Positions 11,532-21,129 are shown, counted from the stretch's first letter. The stretch is DNA of 32,000 nucleotides from Wigglesworthia glossinidia endosymbiont of Glossina brevipalpis (GCA_000008885.1 BA000021.3:240001-272000); one strand, 5' to 3'. The notes: generated from the letters alone by a model not told the origin. A program made the numbers and translations.

Positions 11532-11846
11532 TTACTTTAAAATAATAATATTTTCTTTTGAATAGTCTATATAATTCATATTAAAATTTTTTTTAGCAAG
11601 TGATCCAATACGATTGTTGTTTCCTAATACATATTTTTCTAAAATCAAATTATTCCATTCATGTTCTAAAAAATCATTTTCTAAAAAAATTTTTTCTCTT
11701 TCATTTATAAAATATCTAGTTTTATAAGTAATATATATTGTTAAAACCGATGTGATTAATATCAAAATAGTTATAAATATAGATAATTTAGAAAAACTTA
11801 AAACATCTTCTATAATTATTTGATTTATTTTTTTTTTATTAGTCAT
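11532..11846 (-). CDS. ftsL: Cell division protein FtsL
   Basis: 104-aa ORF with a single TM and a coiled-coil-like tail ('ENDFLEHEWNNLILEKYVL.NNNRIGSLAKKNFNM'). Located between rsmH and ftsI. Confidence 0.85.
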   Translation of the reverse strand: MTNKKKINQIIIEDVLSFSKLSIFITILILITSVLTIYITYKTRYFINEREKIFLENDFLEHEWNNLILEKYVLGNNNRIGSLAKKNFNMNYIDYSKENIIILK

Positions 11847-12768
11847 ATTTTAATTTTTCTGCAAATCTTAAAATTGCACTTCTAGATTTTTTATTGTATA
11901 AAATTTCTTTTTTAGACGGTTGGATCTTTTTAAAATATTTCAATTTATAAATATTATCATTTTTGATTTTTGATTCTAAAATAGGTAATTTGTAAGGATA
12001 TATTTTTTTTCTGCTATTATTTATTATAAATTTTTTTATAATTCTATCTTCCAAAGAGTGAAAACTAATAAAAACTATTCTTCCTTTTGGGGAAATTATT
12101 TTTATAATATCATTAAGAGCTAATTTTAGCTCTTGCAATTCGTTATTAATGTAAATTCTAATAGCTTGAAAACTTCTTCTAGCAGGATGCTTTTTTTTAT
12201 AAAAATATCCACATGCTTTATTTATTAAATTAACTAGCTCTTTAGTTGTGTTAATATTTTTTATTTTTCTATATTTGCAAATTACATTTGATATCTTTTT
12301 ATAAAATTTTTCTTCTCCAAATTCTTTTATTACAAATGATATGTCTTTTATATTAGCATTGTTTATCCATTCTTTTGCAGAAATTCCATGTAAATTATTC
12401 ATTCTCATATCAAGAGGTCCATCATGCATAAATGAAAAACCTCTATTACTATCTTTTATTTGAGAAAAAGATAGACCTAAATCAAATAAAATTCCTTGAA
12501 CTTTTCCAAATATTTTATATTTAATTGAATATTTTAATATTTTAGAAAAATTTCCATGAATTGGGATTAATCTTCTATCTTTTATAGAGCAAGCAAATTC
12601 TATAGATTTAGGATCTCTATCTATTACTATTAATTTTCCTTTTTCATTTAATTTAGATAAAATACATCTAGAATGACCTCCACATCCAAAAGTAGCATCA
12701 ATATATGTTCCATTTGGGATTATTTTAATAGATTTTATAACTTCATTTAACATTACAGGTATGTGCAT
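11839..12768 (-). CDS. rsmH: 16S rRNA (cytosine1402-N4)-methyltransferase
   Basis: 309-aa ORF; 'HIPVMLNEVI', 'YIDATFGCGGHS', 'GILFDLGLSF', 'PLDMRMN', 'FISFHSLEDRIIKKFI'. Overlaps ftsL by 8 nt. Confidence 0.97.
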   Translation of the reverse strand: MHIPVMLNEVIKSIKIIPNGTYIDATFGCGGHSRCILSKLNEKGKLIVIDRDPKSIEFACSIKDRRLIPIHGNFSKILKYSIKYKIFGKVQGILFDLGLSFSQIKDSNRGFSFMHDGPLDMRMNNLHGISAKEWINNANIKDISFVIKEFGEEKFYKKISNVICKYRKIKNINTTKELVNLINKACGYFYKKKHPARRSFQAIRIYINNELQELKLALNDIIKIISPKGRIVFISFHSLEDRIIKKFIINNSRKKIYPYKLPILESKIKNDNIYKLKYFKKIQPSKKEILYNKKSRSAILRFAEKLKYD

Positions 12769-12904
12769 ATATTGGCATTGATTAATTAAAAAAATTGTTA
12801 ATTAAAAATTTTTTTAAATACTATTAAATAATATTTAATTTTTTTGCAAAAAATAATTTAAATTAAATAAAATTAATAATTATGTAATTAATATGTAATA
12901 TTTA

Positions 12905-13399
12905 TTATGAATTATTTATTTTTTTTAATATTTGATCTACAAAATATAAACCACTTGGATCTTCATTTACTAGTTCTATTCTATCTAAAATAGATTTAAA
13001 CATTTTTTCTTCTTCGCATTGTTCTTCAACATACCATTTTAAAAAATGGAATGTCAAATAATCTTTTGTATCTATAGCCTGAAAAGATAAATTTTTTATT
13101 TTTTTGCTAATCATTTTTTCATGTTCGTAAGAAAATTGTACTATCTCTTTTAGAGAAGGAAAATGTTCTGGAGGTGAGTCAATTGAACTTATTTTTGGTG
13201 TATTTCCAGAATCAATTAAATAATCAAACAAACGATGCATATGACTTGTTTCTTCTATAGATTGTTGTTTGAAAAATTTGCTAGACCCTTCTAATTTATT
13301 AGAATTACACCAAGAACTCATTTGTAAATATAAATTGGAAGAGAATAGTTCAAGATTTAACTGCTTGTTTAAATTAACCACCATTTCTTGCTTAATCAT
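12905..13399 (-). CDS. ftnA: Non-heme ferritin FtnA
   Basis: 164-aa ORF; 'LNLELFSSNLYLQMSSWC', 'QSIEETSHMHRLFDYL', 'YEHEKMISKKI', 'WYVEEQCEEEKMFKSILDRI'. Ferroxidase-site Glu/His residues are retained. Confidence 0.95.
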   Translation of the reverse strand: MIKQEMVVNLNKQLNLELFSSNLYLQMSSWCNSNKLEGSSKFFKQQSIEETSHMHRLFDYLIDSGNTPKISSIDSPPEHFPSLKEIVQFSYEHEKMISKKIKNLSFQAIDTKDYLTFHFLKWYVEEQCEEEKMFKSILDRIELVNEDPSGLYFVDQILKKINNS

Positions 13400-13456
13400 G
13401 ATAAGATATCCTAATAATAATTAAAAAATAAATTAATTTTTAAATTGGAAATTTAA

Positions 13457-13687
13457 ATGAATCAAATAACATTAAATTTGTTTAAAATATCTAAAAAAAA
13501 TAGAGAAAAAATTATGGTAGATCTTGCGTCTTCTGGAGTCGTATTCAGAGAAAGATACAACATGCCAGTTTCCATAGAGCAAATAGAAAACAATCAACCA
13601 GAATATTTATTATCATATTTTAGAAAAAGATTAATATATTATAGGATAATTTCTAAAAAATTAAAAAAATCTTTTAAAAAAATATAA
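13457..13687 (+). CDS. holE: DNA polymerase III theta subunit HolE
   Basis: 76-aa ORF; 'KIMVDLASSGVVFRERYNMPVSIEQIENNQPEYLLSYFRKRLIYYRI' aligns with E. coli HolE '[47 protein letters not shown]'. Confidence 0.93.
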   Translation: MNQITLNLFKISKKNREKIMVDLASSGVVFRERYNMPVSIEQIENNQPEYLLSYFRKRLIYYRIISKKLKKSFKKI

Positions 13688-13701
13688 AATCAACAATAAT
13701 C

Positions 13702-14754
13702 TTATTTCTTATAAATAGTTAATAAAATTAACTTATTTATTAAAGATTTAAAGTCTAATCCAGATTTACTCCATAATTTAGGATAAATACTATTTTTAGT
13801 AAATCCAGGTATAGTATTTATTTCATTCAAAAAAATTTTTTTATTTTTTGTTAAAAAAAAATCTACTCTAGCCATTATACTGCATTCTAAACTAATAAAA
13901 GCAAGCTTAGCTATTTTTTTTATTTTATTAGATATTTCATTGGAGATTTTTGCAGGAATAATGATTTTTGTTTTTTTACTAATGTATTTTTCTTTATAAT
14001 CATAGAAAATTTTTTTAAATTTAATTTCTCCGCAAACGCTAGAAATAACATTTCTATTTCCTAACACTCCCACCTCTATTTCTCTTCCTTGTATAAAAGG
14101 TTCAATTAATATTTTTTTACTATATAAAAAAGCCACATCTATAGATTCTTTTAAAGAAATAAAATCGTTTGCTACATTTACTCCAAAAGAAGAGCCTTGA
14201 TTTGATGGCTTAATGCAACAAGGAAATTTTATATTATTTATTATCTTGTTAATTTTTTTTTTATAGTTTTCATAATACAATGTTATTGATGGAACTACAG
14301 AAATTCCAAATGTACTTAAAATTCTTTTTGAAATATCTTTATCCATACATATGCTTGAACTCAAAACATTTGATCCAACAAATGGAGTATATATAGTATT
14401 GAATAGTCCTTGAAATGCTCCGTTTTCTCCATTTGATCCATGCAAAATTGAAAAAATAACATCAATTTTCAACATTTTCTTATTTTTTAAACTGTAAAAT
14501 TGATAATTATTTTTACCTGGTATGATATATAAATATGAAACTGCAGGAGCAAGTTTGATATAATTTATATTATATTTAAATAAAATATAATTATTAATGC
14601 TTCTTATTCCAATCTTACCATTCTTTTCCACTCCTATTAATATAATATTATATTTTTTTTTATCAATTGCATTTATAATGCTAATTGAAGATTGTAAAGA
14701 TATTTCATGTTCTTTGGACTCACCTCCAAATAAAACAGCAACTGTTTTTTTCAT
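13702..14754 (-). CDS. ddlA: D-alanine--D-alanine ligase, DdlA type
   Basis: 350-aa ORF; 'VLFGGESKEHEISLQSSISIINAIDK', 'SNVLSSSICMDKDISKRIL', 'CIKPSNQGSSFGV', 'IQGREIEVGVLG', 'NEINTIPGFTKNSIYPKLW'. Length and wording match E. coli DdlA much better than DdlB. Confidence 0.92.
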   Translation of the reverse strand: MKKTVAVLFGGESKEHEISLQSSISIINAIDKKKYNIILIGVEKNGKIGIRSINNYILFKYNINYIKLAPAVSYLYIIPGKNNYQFYSLKNKKMLKIDVIFSILHGSNGENGAFQGLFNTIYTPFVGSNVLSSSICMDKDISKRILSTFGISVVPSITLYYENYKKKINKIINNIKFPCCIKPSNQGSSFGVNVANDFISLKESIDVAFLYSKKILIEPFIQGREIEVGVLGNRNVISSVCGEIKFKKIFYDYKEKYISKKTKIIIPAKISNEISNKIKKIAKLAFISLECSIMARVDFFLTKNKKIFLNEINTIPGFTKNSIYPKLWSKSGLDFKSLINKLILLTIYKK

Positions 14755-14972
14755 TTTATAATTCTCTTAATACTTATATATTATTAAAAATTTTATATTG
14801 AATTTTAAAAAAATTGTAACTTGTATTTTTTAATATTCAATATTATATTATTAATATAAATAAAAATTTTAATATAGTTATTTTTTTAAATAAAAATAAA
14901 TATTAATATTATAAATAATATAATATTTATTTTTTAATTAAAATTTTTAATAAATACTTTTAGGATTAAACA

Positions 14973-15677
14973 ATGTCTATAATTAAATTAGTTCTAATGC
15001 GACATGGTTCTAGTATTTGGAACGATCAAGATCGTTTTACTGGATGGACAGATATTGATTTATCTGAAAAAGGAAAGAATGAAGTCAAATATGCAGGGAA
15101 AATGTTGAAATCTTTTGGTTATTCATTTAATTTTGCATATACTTCTTTGTTAAAAAGAGCAATACATAGTTTATGGGTTATTTTAAAAGAAATAAATCAA
15201 TCTTGGATTCCAGTAGAAAAATCTTGGAGATTAAATGAAAGACATTACGGTGCATTGCAAGGATTTAGTAAATATGAAATTGAAAAGAAATATGGAAAGA
15301 ATCAATTAAATGAATGGAGAAGAGGATTTTCTATTTCACCTCCAAAGATAAATGAAAAGGATAATTATTTTATTTTAAATGATAAAAGATATTTAAATTT
15401 AAAAACAAAAAAATTACTTCCTTTTTCAGAAAGTCTAAAATCTACAATTGATAGAATAATGCCATATTGGGATGGAAATATATTTCCAAGATTGCAAAAT
15501 AAAGAAAAAATAATAATCGTAGCTCATGGAAATTCAATTAGAGCTATAATAAAAATTTTATGTAATCTTAATGAAAAAGAAATTATAAAAATTAATATAC
15601 CTACTGGTATACCTTTAATATATGAATTTGATTATAATATGGTTTTTAAAAAAAAATATTTTCTTTTTGATAGATAA
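14973..15677 (+). CDS. gpmA: 2,3-bisphosphoglycerate-dependent phosphoglycerate mutase
   Basis: 234-aa ORF; 'VLMRHGSSIWNDQDRFTGWTDIDLSEKG', 'RLNERHYGALQG', 'VAHGNSIRAI', 'NIPTGIPLIYEF'. C-terminal tail is shorter than in E. coli. Confidence 0.96.
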   Translation: MSIIKLVLMRHGSSIWNDQDRFTGWTDIDLSEKGKNEVKYAGKMLKSFGYSFNFAYTSLLKRAIHSLWVILKEINQSWIPVEKSWRLNERHYGALQGFSKYEIEKKYGKNQLNEWRRGFSISPPKINEKDNYFILNDKRYLNLKTKKLLPFSESLKSTIDRIMPYWDGNIFPRLQNKEKIIIVAHGNSIRAIIKILCNLNEKEIIKINIPTGIPLIYEFDYNMVFKKKYFLFDR

Positions 15678-15731
15678 ATATTATTAAAATTTTTATTAAA
15701 AGTATTAAATAAAAATTTATAAGTTATATTT

Positions 15732-17465
15732 TTAATTTTTTTGTAAATTATACATTTTGTAATATTTTCCTTTCTCTTTTATAAGAGATAAATGATTTCC
15801 TTGTTCTGCAATATTTCCTTTATGTAAAACTAAAATATTATCAGCATTTAAAATAGTACTAAATCTATGAGCTATAACTATTATAGTAGTAGTTTTTTTT
15901 ATCTTGCATAAAATATTATTAATTAATTTTTCTGTATCATAATCAATGTTTGATGTAGATTCATCTAATATTAATATTGAAGGTACAGATACTAAAACCC
16001 TTGCTAAAGATATTAATTGTTTTTGTCCAGCAGAAAGCATGTTTCCATATTCGTCTAATTTAGAAAATATTCCATTTGGAAAAGAATTAATAAAAGATAC
16101 AAGATTTAAATTTTTTAAAGTAGACCAAACTTGTTTTTCTTTAATTTTTCTTCCAAATACGATGTTATCGTAAATTGATCTTGATATTATAACTGGATCT
16201 TGTTGAACCATTGATATTCCTTTACGAATTACTTTTCTAGACAATGTTTCTATTGGTCTGTTATCTATTAGTAGAGTTCCATTTTTCAATGAATAATGAC
16301 CCATAATTAAATTAGCTAAAGTGCTTTTTCCACTTCCTGTTTGACCTACTAAAGCTAAAAAACTTTTTTCTGGAACATAAAAAGATATATGATTTAAAAT
16401 TAAATTTTTATAGTCATATGAAAAAGTTATATTTTTTGCTTGAATGCATCCGCTAAATATTTTTTTATTATCTTTTCCATAAGATTGGATTGGTGATTCT
16501 AACAAATTAAAAATTCTCTCACATGCAACATGTGCTTGTTGTAAAATAGATTGATGAGAAGTAATTTCTATTAATGGCTCGCTTAATCTTCCTAAATAAT
16601 GAATAAAAGCATATAAAGTTCCTACTCCAACAATGTTATTTGGACTTAAACCAAATAAAAGTAATATAATGCAAAGAATTAAAGAAAATACTAAACTTAG
16701 TAAAGGCCTAAGAAGATATCCTTCTAGTTTTAGACTGTCCATACGAGCTTTAAAATGTTCTTTATTTATTTTATATAATTTTTCTCTGAATCTTTTTTGC
16801 TGTCTAAATTGTTGAATAATTTTCATATTTTTAATAATTTCATTAAAAAAATTATTAATATTTTCTACGCAATGCCTTATTCTAAAAAAAATTGGTATAC
16901 TATAAATCTGATAAGTTTTCATTATGAAAATTATTATAGGAAATAAAATTAATGAAATAAATCCTAACTTCCAATTTAATATAAAAATAGCTACAGATAT
17001 ACTAAAAATTAATGTTATACTTTTTATTATAGAAGATATAAAATGTATAAGTAAGTTTTTTATAATTTCAGTATCATTTATTATGATCGAAATTAATTTG
17101 CCCATTGATTGTTTGTCAAACCAAGATAATGGTTTATGTAAAATTGAATTCATAACAATATTTCTAATTTTAGCTACTATATTTAAAGATATTTTACTGA
17201 ATATGTAAGATTGATAATACCTCAAAATCGCAGACATAATTTGTAAAACTAAAAAACTAAACATAAAAATTAAAAACATCCATATTGGCATTTTAACTAT
17301 TTTAAATAGATTATCTATAAAATAACTAATTATTATTGGACCAGAAATTTCCATAGCTGAGGACAACAATAACATAGAACATGCTAATATGAATTTTTTC
17401 TTAAAAGGATATGCATATATTAATAGACGTTTTAAATAATTTTTTAAATTGTATTTAATATACAT
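15732..17465 (-). CDS. mdlB: ABC transporter ATP-binding/permease protein MdlB (half-transporter)
   Basis: 577-aa ORF with TM domain plus NBD: Walker A 'GQTGSGKST', signature 'LSAGQKQL', Walker B 'ILILDEST'. Immediately downstream of mdlA. Confidence 0.93.
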   Translation of the reverse strand: MYIKYNLKNYLKRLLIYAYPFKKKFILACSMLLLSSAMEISGPIIISYFIDNLFKIVKMPIWMFLIFMFSFLVLQIMSAILRYYQSYIFSKISLNIVAKIRNIVMNSILHKPLSWFDKQSMGKLISIIINDTEIIKNLLIHFISSIIKSITLIFSISVAIFILNWKLGFISLILFPIIIFIMKTYQIYSIPIFFRIRHCVENINNFFNEIIKNMKIIQQFRQQKRFREKLYKINKEHFKARMDSLKLEGYLLRPLLSLVFSLILCIILLLFGLSPNNIVGVGTLYAFIHYLGRLSEPLIEITSHQSILQQAHVACERIFNLLESPIQSYGKDNKKIFSGCIQAKNITFSYDYKNLILNHISFYVPEKSFLALVGQTGSGKSTLANLIMGHYSLKNGTLLIDNRPIETLSRKVIRKGISMVQQDPVIISRSIYDNIVFGRKIKEKQVWSTLKNLNLVSFINSFPNGIFSKLDEYGNMLSAGQKQLISLARVLVSVPSILILDESTSNIDYDTEKLINNILCKIKKTTTIIVIAHRFSTILNADNILVLHKGNIAEQGNHLSLIKEKGKYYKMYNLQKN

Positions 17466-17470
17466 CTATT

Positions 17471-19219
17471 TTATTTTCCTTTTTCTTTTACTAAATAATT
17501 TTCTATTTTTTGATATTTATACATTTTGTAATACCACCCTTTAGATCTTAAAAGGAAATTATGATTTCCTCTTTGATTAATTCTTCCATTTATTAAAACT
17601 AAAATTTCAGATGCTTCTTTTATAGAAGAGAGTTTATTAGAGATCATAATTATAGTTTTATGATTTTTAAATTTTTTAATGTTATTCAATATATTATTTC
17701 CTGTACAACTATCTATAGAAGATAAAGGATCATCTAGTATTAATATTTTTGATGGAATCAAAAGAGCTCTAGCAATAGCTATTCTTTGTTTTTGGCCTCC
17801 AGATAAAATTAATCCATTTTCTCCTATTTTTGTTTTATAATTTTTAGGAAAATTTATTATATCATTATGTATGCATGCTAATTCTGCTACTTTTTCTATT
17901 TCATTTTTTTTTGCATTCGGATTTCCTAGTGATATATTATTTTTAATACTATCTGAAAATAAAAAAGGTGATTGATTTACTACAGAAATTAAATTCCTCC
18001 AATCATTCAAAATTAAAGATTTTAAAGGTAAATTTTTAAAAAAAATTTCTCCATCTATGATATCAAAATATCTTAAAATCAAAGAAACTAAAGTGCTTTT
18101 TCCAGATCCTGTAGGACCACATATTCCAATGAACTTTCCTGGATTTATTTTAATTTTTATATTTTTTAATATAATATTTTTACTATAAGGATAAATGAAC
18201 TTTTTAATTGAAACTAAAATTATTCCATTTTTATCTGGTATAGATATATCTCCATCTTTATTATTTTTTTTTTCTAATATTAAATTAATTCTATTATATG
18301 CTGCATGTCCTCTTTCTATTATATTAAACGTCCAAGCAAATGCTAACATAGGCCAAATCATTAACCCTAAATACATTATAAAACTTGTTAATTGTCCTAT
18401 AGTAATAATTTCATTGTATATTAAATATATACCTCCATAAATTGCTAATAAATTAGAAATTCCTACAGTAAGATAAATAATAGGATCAAATTTTGCATCT
18501 ATTTTTTCTGAATGCATGTTTTTTTCATTAGCATAAAATACTGAACTTGAAAAACAAGATAAATAATATTTCTCTGATCCAAAAGATTTTATTGTTTTTA
18601 TATTATTTAAATTTTCATGAGTTTTGTTGTTTAATTTAGAAAATTCGTTTTGATATATAAAAACACTGTTATAAAGTTTTTTACCTATTTTTTTTATTAA
18701 AAAAACCATTATTGGCATTGGAGTTAACGCAAATATAGTAAGTATTATATTTATTTTTATGCTCATAATTAATAATACTGAAAAACCCATTATTAAAGAA
18801 TCAACCAAAGTAAGAACACCTTCTCCAACAGCATATACAACTCTGTCTACATCGCTTGTTACTCTGCTAATCAAATCTCCTGTTTTGTTTTTTATATAAA
18901 AACTTGGAGATTGATTGCTTAATATAAAATAAAATTTATCACGTAAATCTAATGATAATTGATATGCTGATCCAAATAATATAATTCTCCAAATATAACG
19001 TATATAATATACTAAAATGGAAGAAACTATTATTAAAACAACTAATATTATTACACTAATATTTGTAGACCTGAGATTAATTACATCATCTACAATTATT
19101 CCAACAGCCCATGGAGAAATAAGTTTTAGCATAGCAATAATTATCAATAAAATTATAGATAAAAAATATTGTTTTTTTTCTCTTATAAAAAACCATTTTA
19201 ATTTTAAAAAAAATTTCAC
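17471..19219 (-). CDS. mdlA: ABC transporter ATP-binding/permease protein MdlA (half-transporter)
   Basis: 582-aa ORF; N-terminus 'MKFFLKLKWFFIREKKQYFLSIILLIIIAMLKLISPWAVGIIVDDVI' resembles E. coli MdlA. Walker A 'GPTGSGKST', signature 'LSGGQKQR', Walker B 'ILILDDPLS'. Confidence 0.94.
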   Translation of the reverse strand: MKFFLKLKWFFIREKKQYFLSIILLIIIAMLKLISPWAVGIIVDDVINLRSTNISVIILVVLIIVSSILVYYIRYIWRIILFGSAYQLSLDLRDKFYFILSNQSPSFYIKNKTGDLISRVTSDVDRVVYAVGEGVLTLVDSLIMGFSVLLIMSIKINIILTIFALTPMPIMVFLIKKIGKKLYNSVFIYQNEFSKLNNKTHENLNNIKTIKSFGSEKYYLSCFSSSVFYANEKNMHSEKIDAKFDPIIYLTVGISNLLAIYGGIYLIYNEIITIGQLTSFIMYLGLMIWPMLAFAWTFNIIERGHAAYNRINLILEKKNNKDGDISIPDKNGIILVSIKKFIYPYSKNIILKNIKIKINPGKFIGICGPTGSGKSTLVSLILRYFDIIDGEIFFKNLPLKSLILNDWRNLISVVNQSPFLFSDSIKNNISLGNPNAKKNEIEKVAELACIHNDIINFPKNYKTKIGENGLILSGGQKQRIAIARALLIPSKILILDDPLSSIDSCTGNNILNNIKKFKNHKTIIMISNKLSSIKEASEILVLINGRINQRGNHNFLLRSKGWYYKMYKYQKIENYLVKEKGK

Positions 19220-19377
19220 AATTAATTTTCCAAAAAAATATTAAACTGTTATATAAAACTAATATTGTAGTATAATTATACTGCAATTAATCAAATTAAT
19301 CTCGTAATATTATACTAGATAACAAATTCTATTTTTTAAAAAATTATTAAAAATTTTTGTCAAAATGAACTATTAAT

Positions 19378-21129
19378 TTAAATTTGTCTATTATATGAGA
19401 TTTTATTTGATGTATTTTTTGAAATTCTATTAGATAATCTAGATCCTATTTTTTTTAAAATAGGCTTTTTTGAAATTTTATTGTGATTTAATAATTTTAA
19501 ATTTAAAGATTTTTTGAAAATTGTAGATTTTGATAATATTGATAATAAATTTAAAGGTATTTTTTTGTATATTTCAATAGTAGAATAATTAAAAAATATT
19601 TTTATACTACCAATATCATTGGATTTTATTTTTCCTAAATTTATCATTGTCCTAACTATATGTTTTGATTCTATTCCGTCTTTTTTTCCAATTTCAGCTT
19701 TATATAAACTTATTGATTTTTTTTTATTTTTTATAATATTTAATTTTTTGCGCTTATTATTTTTGTTTATTAACAAATTAATTTTTTTGTTTTTGTTAAA
19801 AAAATTATCTGGAGATATTATTAAAGGCTTGTTTTTTTGAGCTACCTTTAATAAGGCAGCGGAAATAATTTTAACATCAGATATTCCTATAAAAGAAATA
19901 ATTTTAGATAATAAATTTTGATATTTATTCAAATCTAAACTATTTATTTGATTTTTAATTTTTTCAGAAAAATTATTTAAACGTTTTTTACATAATAGTT
20001 CTACGCTAGGTAATTTTATTTGAGATAATTTTTCTTTAATATTACGTTCAATATTGTACAATATTTTTCTTTCTCTATTTTCTACAAACATTAAAGCTTT
20101 TCCTGTTCTTCCAGCTCTGCCTGTTCTTCCAATTCTATGAATATAAGACTCTACGTCTAATGGTATGTCATAATTTATAACTAAACTGATACGGTCTACA
20201 TCCAAACCTCTTGCAGCTACGTCGGTAGCTACTAAAATATCCAATAAACCTGTTTTGAATCTATTTAATGTTTTTTCTCTTAAAATTTGATTCATATCTC
20301 CATTTAGAGATGAGCTGTTATACCCATTTTTTTCTAACACATCAGAAACTTCTAAAGTAGCATTTTTAGTGCGTACAAAAATAATCACTGCATCAAAAAT
20401 TTCTACTTCTAAAAATCTTAATAATGCTTCAATTTTACATAATCCATAAACTATCCAATAATTTTGTTTAATATTAGGTCTAGTATTTTCGCTTGCTTTA
20501 ATTCTTATTTCTTTAGGTTTTTTCATAAAACGTTTAGTTATTCTATGAATAGCTGCAGGCATAGTAGCGGAAAATAATATAGTTTGATGTTGCTTTGATG
20601 ATTTTAGAAATATATTTTCAACGTCTTCTATAAAACCCATTCTTAACATTTCATCTGCTTCATCTAACACAAAACTAGTAATTTCTGATAAATTTAAATA
20701 TTTTTTATTTAATAAATCCAATATTCGTCCTGGAGTTCCCACAACTATTTGTGGATTTCTTTTTAAAGATTTTATTTGTATTGAATAATTTTGGCCTCCA
20801 TATAAAGCAATTATATTAATTTCTTTTATATATTTTGACAAACTGCAACAAGCAAATTTTATTTGTAAAGCAAGCTCTCTTGTTGGAGTCAAAATTATTA
20901 TTTGGGGAAGTTTTAATTTTAAATCAATATTATTCAATAATGGCAAAAAAAAAGCAGCAGTTTTTCCACTTCCAGTTTGAGCTATTCCTAGAACATCATA
21001 TCCTTTTAGCAAAAAAGGAATGCATTTTTCTTGAATTGGCGATGGTTTTTTATAACCTAAATCATTTAACGCTAGTAAAATAAAATCTTTCAAACCTAAT
21101 TCAGAAAAAGATAATTCTTTTTTATTCAT
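19378..21129 (-). CDS. deaD: DEAD-box ATP-dependent RNA helicase DeaD/CsdA
   Basis: 583-aa ORF; 'AQTGSGKTAAF', 'PTRELALQ', 'DEADEML', 'SAT', 'HRIGRTGRAG', and a C-terminal RNA-binding region 'LYKAEIGKKDGIESKHIV...IGSIKIFFNYSTIEI'. Confidence 0.95.
   Translation of the reverse strand: MNKKELSFSELGLKDFILLALNDLGYKKPSPIQEKCIPFLLKGYDVLGIAQTGSGKTAAFFLPLLNNIDLKLKLPQIIILTPTRELALQIKFACCSLSKYIKEINIIALYGGQNYSIQIKSLKRNPQIVVGTPGRILDLLNKKYLNLSEITSFVLDEADEMLRMGFIEDVENIFLKSSKQHQTILFSATMPAAIHRITKRFMKKPKEIRIKASENTRPNIKQNYWIVYGLCKIEALLRFLEVEIFDAVIIFVRTKNATLEVSDVLEKNGYNSSSLNGDMNQILREKTLNRFKTGLLDILVATDVAARGLDVDRISLVINYDIPLDVESYIHRIGRTGRAGRTGKALMFVENRERKILYNIERNIKEKLSQIKLPSVELLCKKRLNNFSEKIKNQINSLDLNKYQNLLSKIISFIGISDVKIISAALLKVAQKNKPLIISPDNFFNKNKKINLLINKNNKRKKLNIIKNKKKSISLYKAEIGKKDGIESKHIVRTMINLGKIKSNDIGSIKIFFNYSTIEIYKKIPLNLLSILSKSTIFKKSLNLKLLNHNKISKKPILKKIGSRLSNRISKNTSNKISYNRQI

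Noticed and set aside
12780-12904. Possible terminator or regulatory hairpins in the A/T-only rsmH-ftnA spacer
   Set aside because: Repeats such as TTAATTAA/AATTAACAATT are expected by chance at this composition, and no GC-containing stem was found.
19017-19286. Short ORFs at the mdlA 5' end (19017..19244 + and 19086..19286 -)
   Set aside because: Both overlap the conserved MdlA N-terminus in other frames and have no recognisable family features.
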